From Pseudomonadota bacterium (GTDB lineage: Bacteria > Pseudomonadota > Gammaproteobacteria > Burkholderiales > SG8-39): 58,893 nucleotides of DNA. The notes below the pieces were generated by a model. That model was not told the DNA's origin. It searched no databases and saw only the letters and a program-made list of their open reading frames with translations. The position numbers and the translations under genes are program-made. The stretch spans positions 1 through 58,893 of the forward strand of contig JBFLYF010000001.1 of NCBI GenBank assembly GCA_040756795.1, given 5' to 3'. Below, in pieces: positions 54,332 to 58,893 of the stretch. Numbering within the stretch: the stretch's first letter is position 1; each line of letters starts with the position of its first letter.

Positions 54332-54439
54332 GGGTAGCCTCCTTTTCATGGAGGCATCCTGCGCCGCGCGGGGGCCCGGCGCTATCGGCGCGACTCTGAA
54401 ACTGTTGTCGGTCTACGGCTACGGGATGTAGGAAGCCGC

Positions 54440-55610
54440 CTACGCCACCTCGAACAGCCCCGCCGCGCCCATGCCGCCGCCGATGCACATGGTGACCACG
54501 ACGAGCTTCGCGCCGCGGCGCTTGCCCTCGATCAGGGCGTGGCCCACCAGGCGCGCGCCGCTCATGCCGTAGGGGTGGCCCACGGCGATCGCGCCGCCGT
54601 CGACGTTCAGGCGCTCGTTCGGGATGCCGAGCCGGTCGCGGCAATACAGCACCTGCACCGCGAAGGCCTCGTTCAGCTCCCAGAGGTCGATGTCGGCGAC
54701 CTTCTTGCCGGTGCGCTCGAGGAGCTTGGGCACCGCGAACACCGGCCCGATGCCCATCTCGCCCGGCTCGCAGCCGGCCACCGCGAAGCCGCGGAAGATG
54801 CCGAGGGGCTTGAGGCCCCTCTTCGCGGCCTCCTTGTCGCTCATCACGATCGCGGCCGAGGCGCCGTCGGAGAACTGGCTTGCGTTGCCCGCCGCGATCA
54901 CCCCGCCCTCGATCGCGGGCTTGATCTGCGAGACGCCCTCGTAGGTGGTATCGGGGCGGATGCCCTCGTCGTGCTCCGCCGTGACCTCCTTCATCGACTC
55001 CACGTTGGTGTTCTTGTCGATCACCTTCATCTTGGTGGTGATCGGCACGATCTCGTCCTTGAACTTGCCCTCGGCGCGGCCCTTCGCCGCCCGCTGCTGG
55101 CTCTCGGCGCCGTAGCGGTCCTGCTTCTCGCGCGGGATGTTGTACTTCTTCGCCACGTACTCCGCGGTCTGCAGCATCGGCCAGTAGACTTCCGGCTTGT
55201 GGCGGTGCAGCCACTCGTCCTGCGCGTGGTGCTTGTTCGACTCGTTCTGCACCAGCGAGATCGACTCGACGCCGCCGGCGGCGAAGATCGCCGCCTCGCC
55301 GGCGAGCACGCGCTGGCTGGCGAGCGCGATGGTCTGCAGGCCCGAGGAGCAGAAGCGGTTCACCGTCACGCCCGAGACGGTCACCGGGCAGCCGGCGCGG
55401 ATCGCGATCTGGCGCGCGATGTTGCTGCCGGTCGCGCCCTCGGGCATGGCGCAGCCCATGATCACGTCCTCGATCTCCTGGGGCTCGACCTTGGCGCGCT
55501 GCATCGCGGCCTGCACGACGTGCGCGCCCATCTTCGCGCCGTGCGTCATGTTGAGCGCGCCCCGCCAGCTCTTGCAGAGCGGGGTCCTGGCGGTAGAAAC
55601 GATGACGGCA

Positions 55611-55618
<8 letters not shown>
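54440..55618 (-). CDS. fadA: Acetyl-CoA C-acyltransferase (3-ketoacyl-CoA thiolase)
   Basis: [10 protein letters not shown] (active-site Cys), [28 protein letters not shown]. Confidence 0.95.
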
Positions 55619-57692
<2,074 letters not shown>

Positions 57693-57768
57693 TGCAAGGG
57701 GTTCTCCGGAGGGTCCGGGCGATTTTACACGCCCTCACATGCGGCAAGCCCCTCCCCGGCAGGCTGTT

Positions 57769-57782
57769 TTGACCGGCGTCAA
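57769..57782. promoter_or_regulatory. Palindrome TTGAC-CGGC-GTCAA in the fadB/hypothetical divergent intergenic region (candidate operator)
   Basis: Perfect 5+4+5 inverted repeat read directly. Located 48 nt upstream of the + strand ATG and 77 nt upstream of the fadB start. Confidence 0.3.
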
Positions 57783-57829
57783 GGGGGCTGCGACGCCCAC
57801 CGCTAGGGTGAACGCAGGAGAGGACCGCA

Positions 57830-58893
57830 ATGAGCCTCATCTCGATGTTCGGCGGCGGCGACCGCCACCCCATGCACAGCGCGGAGGCGGCAGCGGAGCT
57901 GATCGCGCTGCTGCCGATCGCCGACCCGATGAAGGCGCTCGGCGAAGTCACGCAATGGCTGCGCTCGGTGACCGAGGCGCCGGATTTCAAGCTGCGCACG
58001 CGCCTCGAGGTGATCGGGCTGCTCGACGACGCGGCGCGCGTGCCGCGGCGAGAGATGCTGCGGCGCTACCTCAAGGACCCGCGCCTGCGCAACGCGCGCG
58101 GCCGGCTCGCCTGGAGCGCGGCCTATGAGTTCTGGAGCGCGCTCGCCGATGCGTATCAGCGCTGCGCGCTCGAGGACATCCCCCAGTTCGCCGCGGGGCA
58201 GGCGGGCCGCGAGCCGCTTGCTGGACTGGCTTCGCGCGCCCTGCGCGCACGGGTGGCACACATCCGTGTGGCGATGCTGCACTACGAGCCGGTGCCGGGG
58301 GAGGCCTGGCAGGGCCTGTACGCGCTGCTCGCGAGATGCGAGCGCGCGGAGCTGGTGGGCGTGCCGACGCGCGCCTATCCGGCGGAGAAACTGCAGACTT
58401 CGCCGCTCATCGAGTTGATGAAGGGGCTGCTGGTCGCGGTCGCGGCTCCCGAGCGCCTGCCGCCCGAGGAGGTGGAGGCCGCGTTCCGCATCGCGCAGCG
58501 CTTCGCCGGCGCCGCGCGCCTGGAGGCCGCGCCGTTCGAGGGCGCGACGCACTCGATCGATCTGGAGCGCGGCGCGCCACCCGCTCCGCTTGCCGCCGGC
58601 GCCGCGGCCCGCCCGGGCCAGCGCTTCTTCGGCGCGCGCCAGGCCGTGCCCAAGCTCGAGCACATGGTCGGCCACCACGAGCTCGCCATGCTCGACGAGG
58701 ACGAGCGCCTGGCGAAGGAGGTGACGCCCGGGCAGAAGATCACGGTGCTGATCCAGTTCATGAACTGCTGGGGCGGGCGCGCGCCGCAGGCGGAGAAGAA
58801 GCTCATCCGCCTGCAGGGGGACTTGAGCGTGGCACACGGCTTTCACGCCGCGTGCCACGACGTGCCGCCTGTCGCGCCGCCACCGGCCGAGGC
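57830..58893 (+). CDS. Hypothetical protein, 3' end outside window
   Basis: ATG preceded by AGGAGAGG. The frame stays open to the window edge (354 codons translated by hand with no stop), and codons are GC3-rich. It is absent from the ORF track because it has no stop; the 351-aa minus-strand ORF is its antisense shadow. Confidence 0.7.
   Translation, partial: MSLISMFGGGDRHPMHSAEAAAELIALLPIADPMKALGEVTQWLRSVTEAPDFKLRTRLEVIGLLDDAARVPRREMLRRYLKDPRLRNARGRLAWSAAYEFWSALADAYQRCALEDIPQFAAGQAGREPLAGLASRALRARVAHIRVAMLHYEPVPGEAWQGLYALLARCERAELVGVPTRAYPAEKLQTSPLIELMKGLLVAVAAPERLPPEEVEAAFRIAQRFAGAARLEAAPFEGATHSIDLERGAPPAPLAAGAAARPGQRFFGARQAVPKLEHMVGHHELAMLDEDERLAKEVTPGQKITVLIQFMNCWGGRAPQAEKKLIRLQGDLSVAHGFHAACHDVPPVAPPPAE

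Noticed and set aside
54213-54431. 72-aa Ser-rich + strand ORF in the fadA / M20 spacer
   Set aside because: It has no SD, and its low-complexity Ser-rich product is the mirror of the acidic minus-strand ORF. That minus-strand ORF has a strong SD, operon orientation and a terminator. This call is not fully certain.
58700-58893. Possible PilZ-like c-di-GMP binding region at the end of the truncated hypothetical gene
   Set aside because: This is only a vague resemblance (KKLIRLQGDLSVAHG). The RxxxR / DxSxxG motifs cannot be verified because the gene is cut off by the window edge.

Overview
High-GC, tightly packed proteobacterial chromosome segment, probably betaproteobacterium-like judging from the RpoB/RpoC/ribosomal protein sequences. 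All family names come from reading the translations; no BLAST or HMM search was run. Nt 1-12050 hold the conserved tuf(3' end)-tRNA-Trp-secE-nusG-rplKAJL-rpoBC locus. After a rho-independent terminator, about 47 kb of metabolic and accessory genes follow, dominated by acyl-CoA chemistry. These include six SDRs, two family-III CoA-transferases, an acyl-CoA ligase, an ADP-forming acyl-CoA synthetase, two adjacent acyl-CoA dehydrogenases, a PaaI thioesterase, ALDH/ADH genes and fadBA. I saw no rRNA, CRISPR array, transposase or integrase. The best candidates for something undescribed are: (1) an ArsR / LplT-acyltransferase / DUF2157 / DUF4401 / GDYXXLXY five-gene membrane operon (47.0-51.7 kb) with no known function; (2) a 2.1-kb islet (31.0-33.0 kb) interrupting the catabolic array, made of a DUF1778-GNAT toxin-antitoxin pair plus an AAA+ ATPase with a PD-(D/E)xK-like tail, whose start codon lies inside a 15-bp inverted repeat; (3) a secreted-protein / M48-TPR protease / lipoprotein operon (18.0-20.5 kb); (4) an unannotated 53-aa very acidic ORF behind fadBA. 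Other oddities are short AT-rich, AGR-codon islands at the most conserved motifs of rpoB, rpoC and many enzymes, a 60-70-aa insertion in RpoB, and a recurring -10 box placed 6-9 nt before start codons that lack an SD (probable leaderless mRNAs). None of these is proven novel from sequence alone.
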